DNA from: a virus
Virus record (IMG/VR): IMGVR_UViG_3300020183_000010
DNA length: 64,000 bases
Strand: one strand, 5' to 3'
Positions 31,319-41,778 of the stretch are shown piece by piece (positions within the stretch are counted from its first letter, which is position 1; each line of letters begins with the position of its first letter). Both the position numbers and the translations under genes were made by a program. The notes under the pieces are model-generated. The model saw nothing but the letters and a program-made list of their open reading frames with translations. It was not told where the DNA came from and did no database searches.

Positions 31319-33214
31319 TTATTGATTGATAGGTAATCCTGTAATAGGATCTACCCTTCTTTCCAATCCTGTAAGGGGATCTATATTTTCATTAACAACA
31401 TCGTAGATACTCTTACCATCAGTATCATTAGGAAATGTTCCCTGTGTAGTAATCCATGCTTTTGTGCTTTCCCTGCTAGAAACAAGTTGTCCAAGATATA
31501 ACCTTCCATTACCCCTGTTGAACATAGATTCCCAATCTCCTCTGTGCCTTTGTCTTCCTGGCATCAGCTGAATCTGAACTGTCATCTCAGTGGGAAAATC
31601 ATCCGGTCCCAGTTCATCATTAAAGCTAATTTTAACATTATTACATACTAAATTTCCCATCATAGCTATAGGATTTAAAGGGTTACCAATAGTTAAATGC
31701 CATTCACCTGTGGGATATCCACTAAGCATTAAAGGAGTATAGTATATTTTTTTAAGAAAAGCCTCCGATAGCATAACTGCAATAGACCTTCCTATTGAGG
31801 TTTTTCTGAAATCTTTGGGATCGCTAAAGGAGTCTGGGTTGTTTATAAATCCGTTAACTTCCTCGTAAACTTTTTTTACTGAGCTACTAACGGAATTCTC
31901 CTGATCCCTTAATCTATTAACCTCCCCCGCGGAAAGCATTTTTCCAACTACGTCTCTTATGTAGTTAATAGGATCTGTTATAGATTTTGCATATCCTGCG
32001 GGACCCCCAGGAAATCCCATACCTACCGCAGTTTGTTGTATTCTTATTTCAGGAGTTAAAAATTGTCCATAATCAGAACCAACGGATAAAATATTAGTCA
32101 TTAGATCCAAAAATAAAAGCTTGGAATTAACCTCGCCTGCAGATCCCAATGTGTAATGAAAGTTTAATGTAAAAGGATTTGTACCTCCAGAAAATCCTTG
32201 CTGTCTAACAGCTACCTGATTTACTGTATTTAGGTTAACGAATATTTTTTTAGAAAGCGGTCCCTCTGCAGTTACGGCCTCGTCTAAAAGAGCTCTTTCC
32301 AACCTATTTATATTTTTTTCTGGAGCTATAATAGTACTAACTAAATTGTCTAATGCAGTTATATCATCTACTCCTAAAGTACTATTACTCCCACTAGTTA
32401 TAGCGGCTTTTATTAAATCTCCATAAGGTGTATTCATTAAACCAGGATCACCTGTCTGTTCATTTTTTAAAGGCTCCTGTGTCTGTAGTCCAAAATTTAA
32501 TCCAGTGTCTATTCCTAATATAGTATTAAGCGTATTTCCTGTATCTCCTCCAAAAAATGTAACAAGCTGGGCAACAGGAAGAGAAGTATTATTTTTTGCT
32601 TCTATGTCCTGCAATGTACCCAATTGTTCAGATAATCCAGTAGAAACCTCATATTTTATTTTTTTGTCTTTCCCCTGTACAAAATCCCCTACTTTATCGT
32701 TAGCAATTACCCTTAATGAATCTAGGGTTGGGTGGGCAAATCTTCTTAGAGTAATCATCCTATTATTAGGAATTACCCCATAGTATTTACAAAATATAAA
32801 ATCTTTTACGTTGTATATCTGACCCCTAAAAGGACTTGCTGGGTTTAAATAATTAGGTATACCCCCTTGTCCTCCTGAAACTGTGTCTATTATCTGTTTT
32901 GCAGTGGGATTCCTAGATCCCTTAGGTGTTATTTTTTCTAATCCGGAAGTGAGCTCAGATTGGTGATATTTAACTCTTTCAGTTCCCCCACCTAAAACAT
33001 AATAAGCGAAAAGACCTCTATATACACCATCGGATGTTGCCGCATCATAAAATAAACTCTTAGGTAGGTATCTTAATTCTGAAAGTTCATAAGTAGCAAA
33101 AGCTTTGTCACCTGGAAAAGCATATATCCCGCCAGGAAAGTATTGAACGTCAGAAACCGTAGTACCCGGTGATTCAATATTGTTTAATGTGTTTGGCCTA
33201 AATACTCTACTCAT
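31319..33214 (-). CDS. Putative baseplate/tail-tube initiator-like structural protein
   Basis: C-terminal WHLTIGNPLNPIAMMGNLVC...ELGPDDFPTEMTVQIQL tube-like beta strands; heads the baseplate operon after a GGTATATA motif. Confidence 0.5.
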   Translation of the reverse strand: MSRVFRPNTLNNIESPGTTVSDVQYFPGGIYAFPGDKAFATYELSELRYLPKSLFYDAATSDGVYRGLFAYYVLGGGTERVKYHQSELTSGLEKITPKGSRNPTAKQIIDTVSGGQGGIPNYLNPASPFRGQIYNVKDFIFCKYYGVIPNNRMITLRRFAHPTLDSLRVIANDKVGDFVQGKDKKIKYEVSTGLSEQLGTLQDIEAKNNTSLPVAQLVTFFGGDTGNTLNTILGIDTGLNFGLQTQEPLKNEQTGDPGLMNTPYGDLIKAAITSGSNSTLGVDDITALDNLVSTIIAPEKNINRLERALLDEAVTAEGPLSKKIFVNLNTVNQVAVRQQGFSGGTNPFTLNFHYTLGSAGEVNSKLLFLDLMTNILSVGSDYGQFLTPEIRIQQTAVGMGFPGGPAGYAKSITDPINYIRDVVGKMLSAGEVNRLRDQENSVSSSVKKVYEEVNGFINNPDSFSDPKDFRKTSIGRSIAVMLSEAFLKKIYYTPLMLSGYPTGEWHLTIGNPLNPIAMMGNLVCNNVKISFNDELGPDDFPTEMTVQIQLMPGRQRHRGDWESMFNRGNGRLYLGQLVSSRESTKAWITTQGTFPNDTDGKSIYDVVNENIDPLTGLERRVDPITGLPINQ

Positions 33215-33233
33215 ATAGTATATACCTACTTTT

Positions 33234-33560
33234 TTATTCCTCTGTTAAAACAATATCGCAAAAATCATATTCTAGAATTTCTATGATTTTTTGTTTTAAA
33301 AGATCAATAAAAAGATCCGTAGGACTATCATAAACTATAACTAGTTTAGATCCAGTAGAAACTTTAGACTTGGAGCTTGTTATTTTTTTATGAAGCCATT
33401 CTTCAAAAATATATTGCCTTATTTCATTCATAGAGGATGGTGTAAGATTATTATTCTTAAACCATAAATTAACATCGATCACATGGAACGTATCACAGGA
33501 ATCCTGATTAAAGGTTTTTAACTTATCAGCTTTAGGAATTATAAAAGATTTACTCGACAC
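33234..33560 (-). CDS. Hypothetical protein (108 aa)
   Basis: ORF track; GTG start, co-oriented with neighbours. Confidence 0.55.
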   Translation of the reverse strand: MSSKSFIIPKADKLKTFNQDSCDTFHVIDVNLWFKNNNLTPSSMNEIRQYIFEEWLHKKITSSKSKVSTGSKLVIVYDSPTDLFIDLLKQKIIEILEYDFCDIVLTEE

Positions 33561-33566
33561 TATAAA

Positions 33567-33734
33567 TCAATTATCTTTTTTTCTATTTCTTTGCTCAGTC
33601 AAATTTCTAAGCATAATAAGATTCCCCATTACCTTAGATCTCTCTTTAGACTCTTCGTTAATTTCTTTTTTCTTTCCAAGGAGCCCCATTTCTTTAGCCA
33701 TTCTCCTTCTTTCTTTTCTATTTGGTAGATTCAT
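33567..33734 (-). CDS. Small basic hypothetical protein, 55 aa (MNLPNRKERRRMAKEMGLLGKKKE...), absent from ORF track
   Basis: Read manually: ATG at 33734, TGA at 33569-33567; fills the gap between neighbours and overlaps the Nudix stop. Confidence 0.7.
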   Translation of the reverse strand: MNLPNRKERRRMAKEMGLLGKKKEINEESKERSKVMGNLIMLRNLTEQRNRKKDN

Positions 33735-34281
33735 CTTCTTCCTCTTTACTGTTAAAAATATCTTTAAAAGTTTTTATGAATAGGGTGCTTACTAGAGAGT
33801 CTTCTAAATTCAAAGCCTCATCTATTGATACTAATTCGAATTTAGTATCTTTTTCTGATTTAGATCCGTCTGTTTTTTTCTCCCCTGATACTAATCCAGT
33901 AATATTTACTGCAAAACAAGGATTAGAATTAATTACCATTTTGGAAGTATATAAACTTCCTAAAAAACTCCATCTTTTGAGATCCTCTACAAGAAACCCG
34001 GACTCTTCCTCCATTTCTCTAACTGCAGTTTGATATATGTTAGAATCTTTATCGTCTTGTGATCCTGTTATAAGTGTCTTTGCCATACCTCCTGGTCTTT
34101 GGTCTAAAACCTCAGAGATTATTCCTATTTTATTAGGAAACCCCTCTTCGGTAAGAGTATAGGGCATTATTATAACACCGGGATTTATTTGTCGAATAAA
34201 TAGATGTCCGTCTATTTCTACGACCTCTCTATTCCTCGTTTTTTGTATTACCGTTTGATCCGCCTTTTCGTAAAGTTCCAT
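33718..34281 (-). CDS. Nudix hydrolase
   Basis: Nudix box GSQDDKDSNIYQTAVREMEEESG. Confidence 0.8.
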   Translation of the reverse strand: MELYEKADQTVIQKTRNREVVEIDGHLFIRQINPGVIIMPYTLTEEGFPNKIGIISEVLDQRPGGMAKTLITGSQDDKDSNIYQTAVREMEEESGFLVEDLKRWSFLGSLYTSKMVINSNPCFAVNITGLVSGEKKTDGSKSEKDTKFELVSIDEALNLEDSLVSTLFIKTFKDIFNSKEEEDESTK

Positions 34282-34852
34282 TTGATTTATATATATCTTT
34301 TATATTTATCCTTAGGCTCTCTTTTATTATTTCGATGTCTAAGTCTCTAACAACAAATTCTATAATCTCCTCCTCAGCATCTTCAAAAGAAGAGGTAAGA
34401 ACATTGTAAAGACTTTTCGTTGGTAAATTTAGCTTAAGGTTTATTCCAACCTCCACCCAATTGGGTTTTTGTTTTTGTAAAAGAGAAACTATAGGATTTT
34501 CCAAATCTGGAACTTTAGCTTTAGATTCGGAAAGCATTACATTTTTAATAGGTAGATTGCTTTGTACTACTGGCTCATTATGGACAATAGATGATGAATC
34601 TATCTGCATCATATATTCATTTAACAAAGAATAATTTATTCTAGTTCCGCCTTTAAAGTTTATCCATAAAATTCCTGTAGTAGGGTCTTTAAAAACGCTT
34701 TCATATTCACAAACAGTACCTGAGTTATCTCCCTTTGTCCATTTATAAAGAAACGGTTTAAGTTCTCTGTCGAGTGTTTCAACATCTATCTCTTCTATGT
34801 TTTCCATATTATCCTTTTTTCTTTTTAATATTCTTTTTAGGAGATTCCACAT
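34229..34852 (-). CDS. Hypothetical protein (true start may be internal, MENIEE)
   Basis: ORF track; overlapping operon arrangement. Confidence 0.6.
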   Translation of the reverse strand: MWNLLKRILKRKKDNMENIEEIDVETLDRELKPFLYKWTKGDNSGTVCEYESVFKDPTTGILWINFKGGTRINYSLLNEYMMQIDSSSIVHNEPVVQSNLPIKNVMLSESKAKVPDLENPIVSLLQKQKPNWVEVGINLKLNLPTKSLYNVLTSSFEDAEEEIIEFVVRDLDIEIIKESLRINIKDIYKSNGTLRKGGSNGNTKNEE

Positions 34853-35072
34853 CCTCTATTGTTTTTATCTTTGTAAATCCCTCTCTTTCTAATGTCGAAA
34901 GCCAAGCATTTAAATCTTTCTCTATTATCCAAGTTTCTTCATATCTCGTGCTTCCAAAACTATTTATTATGAGTATATTATCCATATAGGAAGTTTTATG
35001 TCTGGTTATCTCTACATAGGTCTTGCCTTTTTCTTTAGAAATAACCATTTTATAGCCTTTCTCTATACTCAT
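34809..35072 (-). CDS. Hypothetical protein (87 aa)
   Basis: ORF track; class-2 promoter-like motif upstream. Confidence 0.6.
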   Translation of the reverse strand: MSIEKGYKMVISKEKGKTYVEITRHKTSYMDNILIINSFGSTRYEETWIIEKDLNAWLSTLEREGFTKIKTIEDVESPKKNIKKKKG

Positions 35073-35079
35073 AATATAT

Positions 35080-35108
35080 TTTATAGGTACTTATCTATAA
35101 ATGATTTC
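35080..35108 (-). promoter_or_regulatory. Putative class-2 promoter GAAA-N19-TATAAA
   Basis: Motif and spacing shared with sites at 20494, 39728, 46928, 53997. Confidence 0.45.
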
Positions 35109-35112
35109 AAAA

Positions 35113-35733
35113 CTAAACAGTTTTATAAGCAGGATAGATTTCTAAAAATTCTTCGGGGCTTACTAAATATAGTATTTGATGTCTATTTAAAGTAAAATAA
35201 TCCCATGTAGTAGCTTCACTAGGAAAAACATTCAACGTTTCACTTATACCTCTAGTTAAGATTCCTACTCCCCAATCTGTATCAACAGTTACAAGTTTTA
35301 AATCATTCTTATATAGGCGCAGCTTTATTAATGAAAGATAAACAGTTCCGTTCCAATTTCCGTTTGCAGGAGCAGTAAAAACAGGGCTTTCCGCTGCGTG
35401 GTGTTTAGTAGGGGGATTACAATCATGTAAAACTATAGTACCGTTTTCTGATAGATGTTTTAAAGAATTTTCAATATCTTTATCTACTTGGTGGTCCAGG
35501 TGTAGACCATCAATAAAAATGATATCAAATTTCTGATCCTCTTTTATTCTCTCAAAAAAAGAATCAGACGTCATAACATGTGTTGTGTGAGAAGATACCG
35601 GGGCAGGATCTACACCAATTTTATTTTCACAACAAATTTCTTTAAAGCATTCTCCGTCTCTTACTCCAATTTCAAGATAATTTTTATATCCCTTAGCTTC
35701 GATTATTCTGTTTATTATATCGTATCTAGTCAT
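35113..35733 (-). CDS. Class I SAM-dependent methyltransferase (Methyltransf_24-like)
   Basis: YLEIGV, FDIIFIDGLH, LHDCNP motifs. Confidence 0.85.
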   Translation of the reverse strand: MTRYDIINRIIEAKGYKNYLEIGVRDGECFKEICCENKIGVDPAPVSSHTTHVMTSDSFFERIKEDQKFDIIFIDGLHLDHQVDKDIENSLKHLSENGTIVLHDCNPPTKHHAAESPVFTAPANGNWNGTVYLSLIKLRLYKNDLKLVTVDTDWGVGILTRGISETLNVFPSEATTWDYFTLNRHQILYLVSPEEFLEIYPAYKTV

Positions 35734-35742
35734 AATTATATT

Positions 35743-36453
35743 TTATAAATTCCATTTTTGTTTAAATATAGGGTAAGAACCACTAGTCATATTATACATA
35801 GTTTGTTGGTCTTTAACCACCCTTTCTGTTGTTTTTCCTATGTTCTTATCATGATGAACAACTATAGAATTAGTAACCAATATGTGTCTAATCCTATTTT
35901 TCATTAATTCCATGGAGTAGTCATTATCACAAAACCAATGGTGAAATCTCTCGTCTAAATCTCCTATAATATCATAGATCTCTCTCTTGTGTACTATACA
36001 CCATCCAGATATTTGCTTTCTTATTTCGTATCCTTCAATCAGGCCAACGTTTTCATTTATTCCGTACAGTGACTGTGTCCTAGGACACAAAGGAGAGAAA
36101 GATAAATAATCAGGCACTACAGAAGAAGCTTCTAATATATTAGTAAACCATTTATTTTTAAACTCCAAATCATTGTTACAAAGTGCTACCCAAGGAGAAC
36201 TTCCTTTTTTTCTTCCGAAGTTTAAAAATTTATGATATCCATAAGGAAGTGGAGCCTCGTAAGTAGATACATTTACTGCCATCCAATCCCAATTAACCCC
36301 TGCCTCAGATTCAACAACTATTATATTAAAATCATCTACAGCATTTTCCTCTGAATTAAGCAGGGAGAATATACAATTCTTGGTTAGATCCTTACAGTAA
36401 TCATCTTTAGCATAACTAACTATAACAACGTCTAATATTTTATTATCTCGCAT
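35743..36453 (-). CDS. Glycosyltransferase family 2-like
   Basis: DVVIVSY start, LNFG, CNND, GDLDERF..WFCDND motifs. Confidence 0.8.
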   Translation of the reverse strand: MRDNKILDVVIVSYAKDDYCKDLTKNCIFSLLNSEENAVDDFNIIVVESEAGVNWDWMAVNVSTYEAPLPYGYHKFLNFGRKKGSSPWVALCNNDLEFKNKWFTNILEASSVVPDYLSFSPLCPRTQSLYGINENVGLIEGYEIRKQISGWCIVHKREIYDIIGDLDERFHHWFCDNDYSMELMKNRIRHILVTNSIVVHHDKNIGKTTERVVKDQQTMYNMTSGSYPIFKQKWNL

Positions 36454-37246
36454 CGTAAATTTTTCTAGCTTTTCCTATTATACTTTCTAAATTAGAAAGC
36501 TCTAACATATTTTCGGAATCAGATGGAGAAAGATGCGGATACGGATGTGTTTCTATAAATAATCCGTCAGCATCCATAGCTGCACCGAATCTAACCATGT
36601 CCTCTATTAAATCACTCCTCCCTTCGGTTTTTCCGTGTATTCCATTAGGTCTTTGCAAACTGTGAGTACAGTCCATTATTATTTTAGATCTATTACAAGA
36701 TTTTTTTAATCTAGATATAGAAGTTGCATCAACTATTAAATCATTATAGCCAAAGCTGTTGCCTCTCTCGCCTATCATTAATTCTTTCCCCCCAAACTTA
36801 TAAAACTTATCCTCTATAAATCTACAAGCCTCTGGGGATAAAAACTGTCCTTTTTTAATTAAAACAGAGAGTCCTGTTCTAGCACACTCTTCTATAAGAT
36901 CCGTTTGTCTACAAAGAAAAGAAGGAATCTGTAAATAATCAACCACTTCGGAAACTCTTTCGACTTGAGTGGTTTCATGAACATCCGTTATAATATTAAT
37001 ATTTAATCGTTCCTTTATTTTTCTTAAAACTTCTAATCCTTTTTCTAGACCTATTCCTCTGTATCCCTCAGCCGAGGTTCTGTTAGCTTTATCAAAGCTA
37101 GCCTTAAAGATTGGATAAAAATTATGTAAAAGCCCACACCTCCTAACTTCACTAGCTATCTCAAAACAAGTATCCCAGCTTTGAATAACACAAGGCCCCC
37201 CAATAAGTATTCTAGTTTTTTGATTTACGACCGAGATATCCACCAT
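36443..37246 (-). CDS. kdsA: KDO-8-phosphate synthase
   Basis: GPCVI, FKASFDKANRTS, QIPSFLCRQTDL, KKGQFLSP, ERGNSFGY, DCTHSLQ, GLFIETHP motifs. Confidence 0.95.
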   Translation of the reverse strand: MVDISVVNQKTRILIGGPCVIQSWDTCFEIASEVRRCGLLHNFYPIFKASFDKANRTSAEGYRGIGLEKGLEVLRKIKERLNINIITDVHETTQVERVSEVVDYLQIPSFLCRQTDLIEECARTGLSVLIKKGQFLSPEACRFIEDKFYKFGGKELMIGERGNSFGYNDLIVDATSISRLKKSCNRSKIIMDCTHSLQRPNGIHGKTEGRSDLIEDMVRFGAAMDADGLFIETHPYPHLSPSDSENMLELSNLESIIGKARKIYDAR

Positions 37247-37790
37247 GGTGAAGCTTTGAATATTTTTCTTTGTTAAAATTGTTACTCCTCATCAGACCAA
37301 CAACTATCAAATCTGATATCACAGACATACAGGTGGTTGATGTAGTAGGGGTTAATCCCATGGGACATATTTCTTCTACTGGGCCAAACTCTATATAGTC
37401 TGCACATTTTATAGATATATCTTCCGTTTTGGTTCCAACGATAGCGTATATGTAATTGTTGTATCCTAGATTATGAATTAGATCTATTAGTTCTATAACC
37501 TCTCTAGTCTTACCTGAATTACTAAAAACTATAATTATATCACCAGGCTGTATTATTCCCAAATCTCCGTGTTGAGCTTCTGAGGGATGTAAAAAGAAAG
37601 CTGGGGTTCCTGTAGAAGAAAGAGTTGTTGCAAAAGTGTGAGCTATTTGTCCAGCCTTACCCATTCCAGAAGTAATTATCCTACCAGAAGTTAAATTCCA
37701 ATGTATGTGTCTAATAATATCACCTACCCTTTCGACTGGTATTTTTCTCAGAGCTTCTATTTCTTTTTCTATCAGTGAATTATAATTCAT
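37212..37790 (-). CDS. kdsD: Arabinose-5-phosphate isomerase, SIS domain only (no CBS)
   Basis: [48 protein letters not shown] motifs. Confidence 0.9.
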   Translation of the reverse strand: MNYNSLIEKEIEALRKIPVERVGDIIRHIHWNLTSGRIITSGMGKAGQIAHTFATTLSSTGTPAFFLHPSEAQHGDLGIIQPGDIIIVFSNSGKTREVIELIDLIHNLGYNNYIYAIVGTKTEDISIKCADYIEFGPVEEICPMGLTPTTSTTCMSVISDLIVVGLMRSNNFNKEKYSKLHHGGYLGRKSKN

Positions 37791-38802
37791 ATGATTTTAT
37801 TTTATCGTCTATCATTTCATCTATTATATTAGATAGAGAGAGTTTTGGTTCCCATCCTAATATTTTTTTAGCCTCTGTGGCATCACCTATTAATAGGTCA
37901 ACTTCCGATGGTCTAAAGTATTTAGGATCAATCTCAACTATTTTTTTACCATCCTTTTTTCTAATACCAATTTCATCAGTACCTTCTCCTTCAAAATAAA
38001 TCTCCATTCCTAGCTTAGATGCAGACATCTCTACTATTTCTCTTATCGTGTAAGAAACTCCTGTTGCTAATACGAAATCCGTGGGGGATTCTTGTTGAAG
38101 CATCCTCCACATACCTTCTACATACTCTTTAGCATGTCCAATATCTCTTGAGGAGTTTAGGTTTCCTAATTTCAATATCTCACTCTTACTAAGTTTAATA
38201 TCAGCCAGTCCATCAACAATCTTTTTTTCTACAAAGTTTTCTCCTCTCCTTGGTGAAGTATGGTTAAAAAGAATCCCGTTACAAGCAAATATATTATAAG
38301 CTTCCCTGTAGTTTTTTATTATCCAAAATCCGTAAAGTTTTGCTACTCCATAAGGACTTCTAGGATAAAAGGGGGTTTTTTCAGTTTGTGGAATCTCTTG
38401 AACCTTACCATAAAGTTCAGAAGTTGAAGCTTGATAGAGTTTAGTACTAGGAGAATGAGTTCTTATCGCTTCTAATACATTTAAAGTCCCTATAGCATCA
38501 ACCTGACCTGTATAATAAGGTATTTCAAAAGAAATCTTAACATGACTCTGTGCAGCTAAGTTATAGAATTCATCAGGTTTGATATTGGATATTAAATTAC
38601 TAATAGAAACAGGATCAGTTACATCAGCATAGTGCCACTTAAACATTGGATTATTTCTAATATGATCTATTCTCCACGTATTAAAAGAAGAAGACCTTCT
38701 AATTGTACCGTGAACCTCGTAACCCTTATCTAAGAGAAGTTCCGCTAGGTATGATCCATCTTGACCATTAACACCAGTTATAATTGCTCTTTTAATTGAC
38801 AT
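37780..38802 (-). CDS. gmd: GDP-mannose 4,6-dehydratase
   Basis: [49 protein letters not shown]. Confidence 0.96.
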   Translation of the reverse strand: MSIKRAIITGVNGQDGSYLAELLLDKGYEVHGTIRRSSSFNTWRIDHIRNNPMFKWHYADVTDPVSISNLISNIKPDEFYNLAAQSHVKISFEIPYYTGQVDAIGTLNVLEAIRTHSPSTKLYQASTSELYGKVQEIPQTEKTPFYPRSPYGVAKLYGFWIIKNYREAYNIFACNGILFNHTSPRRGENFVEKKIVDGLADIKLSKSEILKLGNLNSSRDIGHAKEYVEGMWRMLQQESPTDFVLATGVSYTIREIVEMSASKLGMEIYFEGEGTDEIGIRKKDGKKIVEIDPKYFRPSEVDLLIGDATEAKKILGWEPKLSLSNIIDEMIDDKIKSYEL

Positions 38803-39722
38803 ATTGTATTTTTATAATAATCATAAGTTTTTTCAACCCCCTCCCTTATTCCAGTTTTAGGTCTCCATCCGGTTTCAAAAATTTTAGATACGTCCATTAC
38901 CTTTCTGTACGTTCCGTCGGGATATTTGTAATTGAATTTTATCTTTCCTCCATATCCCACAACTTCTGATATTAACAAAGAAAGATCTAATATTGAGATA
39001 TCACTTCCTGATCCAACATTTATAATATCATCAGAGGAATAATTTTCAGATAAATGAATTAAAGCTTCAGCTAGATCTTCAATGTATAAGAATTCTCTCA
39101 TAGGTTTTCCAGATCCCCATATTTCAACATAGCTAGAATCATTCTCTTTTGCTTCATGAAATTTTCTTATTAGGGCTGGTAGAACGTGGCTTGTTTGTAA
39201 ATCAAAATTGTCTCCAGGACCATATAAATTACAAGGCATTACTGATATGTAATCGTTTCCGTATTGCTGTCTATAAGATTGACACATCTTAATACCAGCA
39301 ATCTTAGCAATAGCATAGGCATCGTTGGTTGGTTCTAGATGTCCAGTCATTAAATATTCCTCCTTTATAGGAATTTGGGATTCCTTGGGATATATGCAAG
39401 AGGACCCCAGAAATACTAATTTTTTGACGTTGGATAGATGGCATGCTTCTATAACATTAGTTTGTATTTTTAAATTACTAGTTATAAAATCTGCCTTATA
39501 ATCGTTATTAGCTTTTATACCTCCAACTTTAGCAGCACACATAAAAACCAGATCCGGCTTATTCTTAATAAAATATCCGATAACTTGTGATCTATCCTCC
39601 AAATCCAATGTATATCTTTTTGGTGATAGTATATTAGAATCTGGATATTTCTCTCTATATTTTTTATATAGATTAGATCCCACAAGTCCATTGGATCCTA
39701 ATATCAATACTTTATTCTCCAT
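38778..39722 (-). CDS. fcl: GDP-L-fucose synthase
   Basis: [62 protein letters not shown]. Confidence 0.96.
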   Translation of the reverse strand: MENKVLILGSNGLVGSNLYKKYREKYPDSNILSPKRYTLDLEDRSQVIGYFIKNKPDLVFMCAAKVGGIKANNDYKADFITSNLKIQTNVIEACHLSNVKKLVFLGSSCIYPKESQIPIKEEYLMTGHLEPTNDAYAIAKIAGIKMCQSYRQQYGNDYISVMPCNLYGPGDNFDLQTSHVLPALIRKFHEAKENDSSYVEIWGSGKPMREFLYIEDLAEALIHLSENYSSDDIINVGSGSDISILDLSLLISEVVGYGGKIKFNYKYPDGTYRKVMDVSKIFETGWRPKTGIREGVEKTYDYYKNTICQLKEQL

Positions 39723-39727
39723 GTAAT

Positions 39728-39755
39728 TTTATAGAACAAAATAATATTTAGTTCC
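39728..39755 (-). promoter_or_regulatory. Putative class-2 promoter GGAAC-N17-TATAAA upstream of fcl
   Basis: Variant of the GAAA-N18/19-TAHAA motif. Confidence 0.4.
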
Positions 39756-39801
39756 ACTCAAAATAAAAGTAATATATAGTATAGCAAAAAAAGAAAATGA
39801 A

Positions 39802-40392
39802 ATGAAGGAGGTTCTAAAAAAAGCAATAGAAAAAAATTCAAATTTTAACTTCTATCAAACAATAGATTTTAAGGGCGAAGTTATAAAGAAAGGAATAAGG
39901 GTACAGGATAGAAGAAATTATGTAGATCTAGAGGATATACTAAATAAAAAGATAGTTGATTTTGGTGCTTCGACTGGAGCAGAGGGAATATGGGCAATAT
40001 CAATGGGAGCGGAGTCTGTTGATATGATAGAGAAAGAAACAGAGCAATGCAAAATAATAGGGGATTTCATAGACGAAATACAAAAAACAGATTACAAAGA
40101 TAAACTATTTCTACATAGTCATAATCTTTTAGAAGGTATTCCGGAAAAAATCAAAGATAAAAAATTCGACACAGCTTTTTGTTACGCTATATTACAGTAC
40201 ATAAAATATAGAAAAATATGGAAAGAGCTATCAGACGTAAAAACAATATACTTAGAAACAGGTTCAGATGCTCATATGTCAGAAGATATATTAAGTTACG
40301 AAGATTTTATTGCTAATAAAATATGTATCATAGAAGAAACAATAAACAACATCAATTACAGGAGAGCTCTTTACAAGATAGTGAGAAGATAA
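39802..40392 (+). CDS. SAM-dependent methyltransferase
   Basis: IVDFGASTG motif I and FDTAFCYAIL segment. Confidence 0.7.
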   Translation: MKEVLKKAIEKNSNFNFYQTIDFKGEVIKKGIRVQDRRNYVDLEDILNKKIVDFGASTGAEGIWAISMGAESVDMIEKETEQCKIIGDFIDEIQKTDYKDKLFLHSHNLLEGIPEKIKDKKFDTAFCYAILQYIKYRKIWKELSDVKTIYLETGSDAHMSEDILSYEDFIANKICIIEETINNINYRRALYKIVRR

Positions 40393-40418
40393 ATCGCGAT
40401 TTTTTAATAATAAATAAG

Positions 40419-41087
40419 ATGTCTCTCCTAACTTATAAGGTTAGTAGTAAATTAGATAATAAAAAAATTGAAATAATAAAAAACTACGAAGGTAGATTTA
40501 ATAATATTTCAGTATACAACGAGATGGTTTATTATTTATTTGCTGAATTTATATTAAAAAAAGCAAGAATAAAGAATACCATACCAAAAAGAGAAATATT
40601 AAATCCTCCTTTGAATTTATGGAAAGGCAGACACAAAAAAAAGATACAATCAGTATCATGTTTAATTGAATATCTCGGAGATCATTCTAGGGTAACCATG
40701 GAAAACGAAAAAAAATATACATCCGCTTTTCCCTATTGGATTTATTTTATAGATGTATGGCTTGGTAGACTAGACTGTAACGGTGATTCCAATATGATAT
40801 ACACTTCAGAAAGAAAAGTAATCCCTATAGACTTTAATTTAATTTGCACATGGTACGATAGAGATCATCCTTGGTTTATAGATCATAAAACATTCAATTT
40901 CGAACATTTTATAAAAATAAAAAATAAAAAAAATTACAGGATACTTAAAATAATAAAGAAGATTAAGGAAAGTAAAATAAGAGAGATATTAAACATCCCC
41001 GATCCGGATCACAAAATAATCCCTCTAGATATAAAGGAAAAATATCTAGAGGGACTCTTATATAGGAGAGACAATTTATTAATTTAA
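40419..41087 (+). CDS. HipA/PI-kinase-like kinase fold protein
   Basis: NEM..Y, DVWLGRLD...SNMI and IPIDFN resemble the catalytic loop and metal-binding motifs; start placed at ATG 40419. Confidence 0.45.
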   Translation: MSLLTYKVSSKLDNKKIEIIKNYEGRFNNISVYNEMVYYLFAEFILKKARIKNTIPKREILNPPLNLWKGRHKKKIQSVSCLIEYLGDHSRVTMENEKKYTSAFPYWIYFIDVWLGRLDCNGDSNMIYTSERKVIPIDFNLICTWYDRDHPWFIDHKTFNFEHFIKIKNKKNYRILKIIKKIKESKIREILNIPDPDHKIIPLDIKEKYLEGLLYRRDNLLI

Positions 41088-41770
41088 TATACCGACATAG
41101 ATTTATTACTAGGTCTATGTCCTCTTATCATACGAATTTCCGATAATTCATATTTTTTAAAATAATCGGATAAATCTTTCCTACAATAAAAAAGATTTAA
41201 GCATTCTGTATATCCCACTAAAACATAGCCTTTCTTTTCAGCTAACTTATTAAATGCACCAGGGGTAGCTCCAAAAAAATCGTCATCCTCATGCCTGTGA
41301 TTTTTATCATAAGGAATGGTCAAAGAATCCTCTGTTGGAAAATTGGAATTATATTCTACTATAACTAATTTAGGAGAATAATTCTCTAAAGAATCCCATA
41401 TCCATAGATCATTCCCATCAACATCTATAGATAATAGATCAATATCTACAGGGGCTGGTGTTTTAGCTATTATCTCATCAAGTTTTTCTCCATCCTCGCA
41501 GGATACATATTTTTCAAAAGAATATATGTTAGGATCATTCCCAAAATTTTTATCAAGCTGATAAAAAAATTCGGGATTTCCTTCTATTAATATGCCCTTC
41601 CAATTTTTTTCTCTAAGACACCTTGTATTAGGAACCATATTTCCATCAGTTGCCCCAAATTCACAATACCAACCTTTTTCTATACCTAAAACAGAAAAAA
41701 ACTTTTCTATAATACCGTCTTCACCATCTTGGGAATAAATTCTTTTTTTATATAAATTTAAATCTATCAT
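41084..41770 (-). CDS. FkbM-like methyltransferase
   Basis: YSQDGEDGII, EFGATDG, DLLSIDVDGND, VEYN motifs. Confidence 0.8.
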   Translation of the reverse strand: MIDLNLYKKRIYSQDGEDGIIEKFFSVLGIEKGWYCEFGATDGNMVPNTRCLREKNWKGILIEGNPEFFYQLDKNFGNDPNIYSFEKYVSCEDGEKLDEIIAKTPAPVDIDLLSIDVDGNDLWIWDSLENYSPKLVIVEYNSNFPTEDSLTIPYDKNHRHEDDDFFGATPGAFNKLAEKKGYVLVGYTECLNLFYCRKDLSDYFKKYELSEIRMIRGHRPSNKSMSVY

Positions 41771-41778
41771 ATAATTTA

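Noticed and set aside
40323-40418. N-terminal extension of the kinase-like ORF, and similar upstream starts at 6740, 20491 and 50529
   Set aside because: They overlap the upstream gene or the promoter motifs; downstream ATGs fit the leader pattern better
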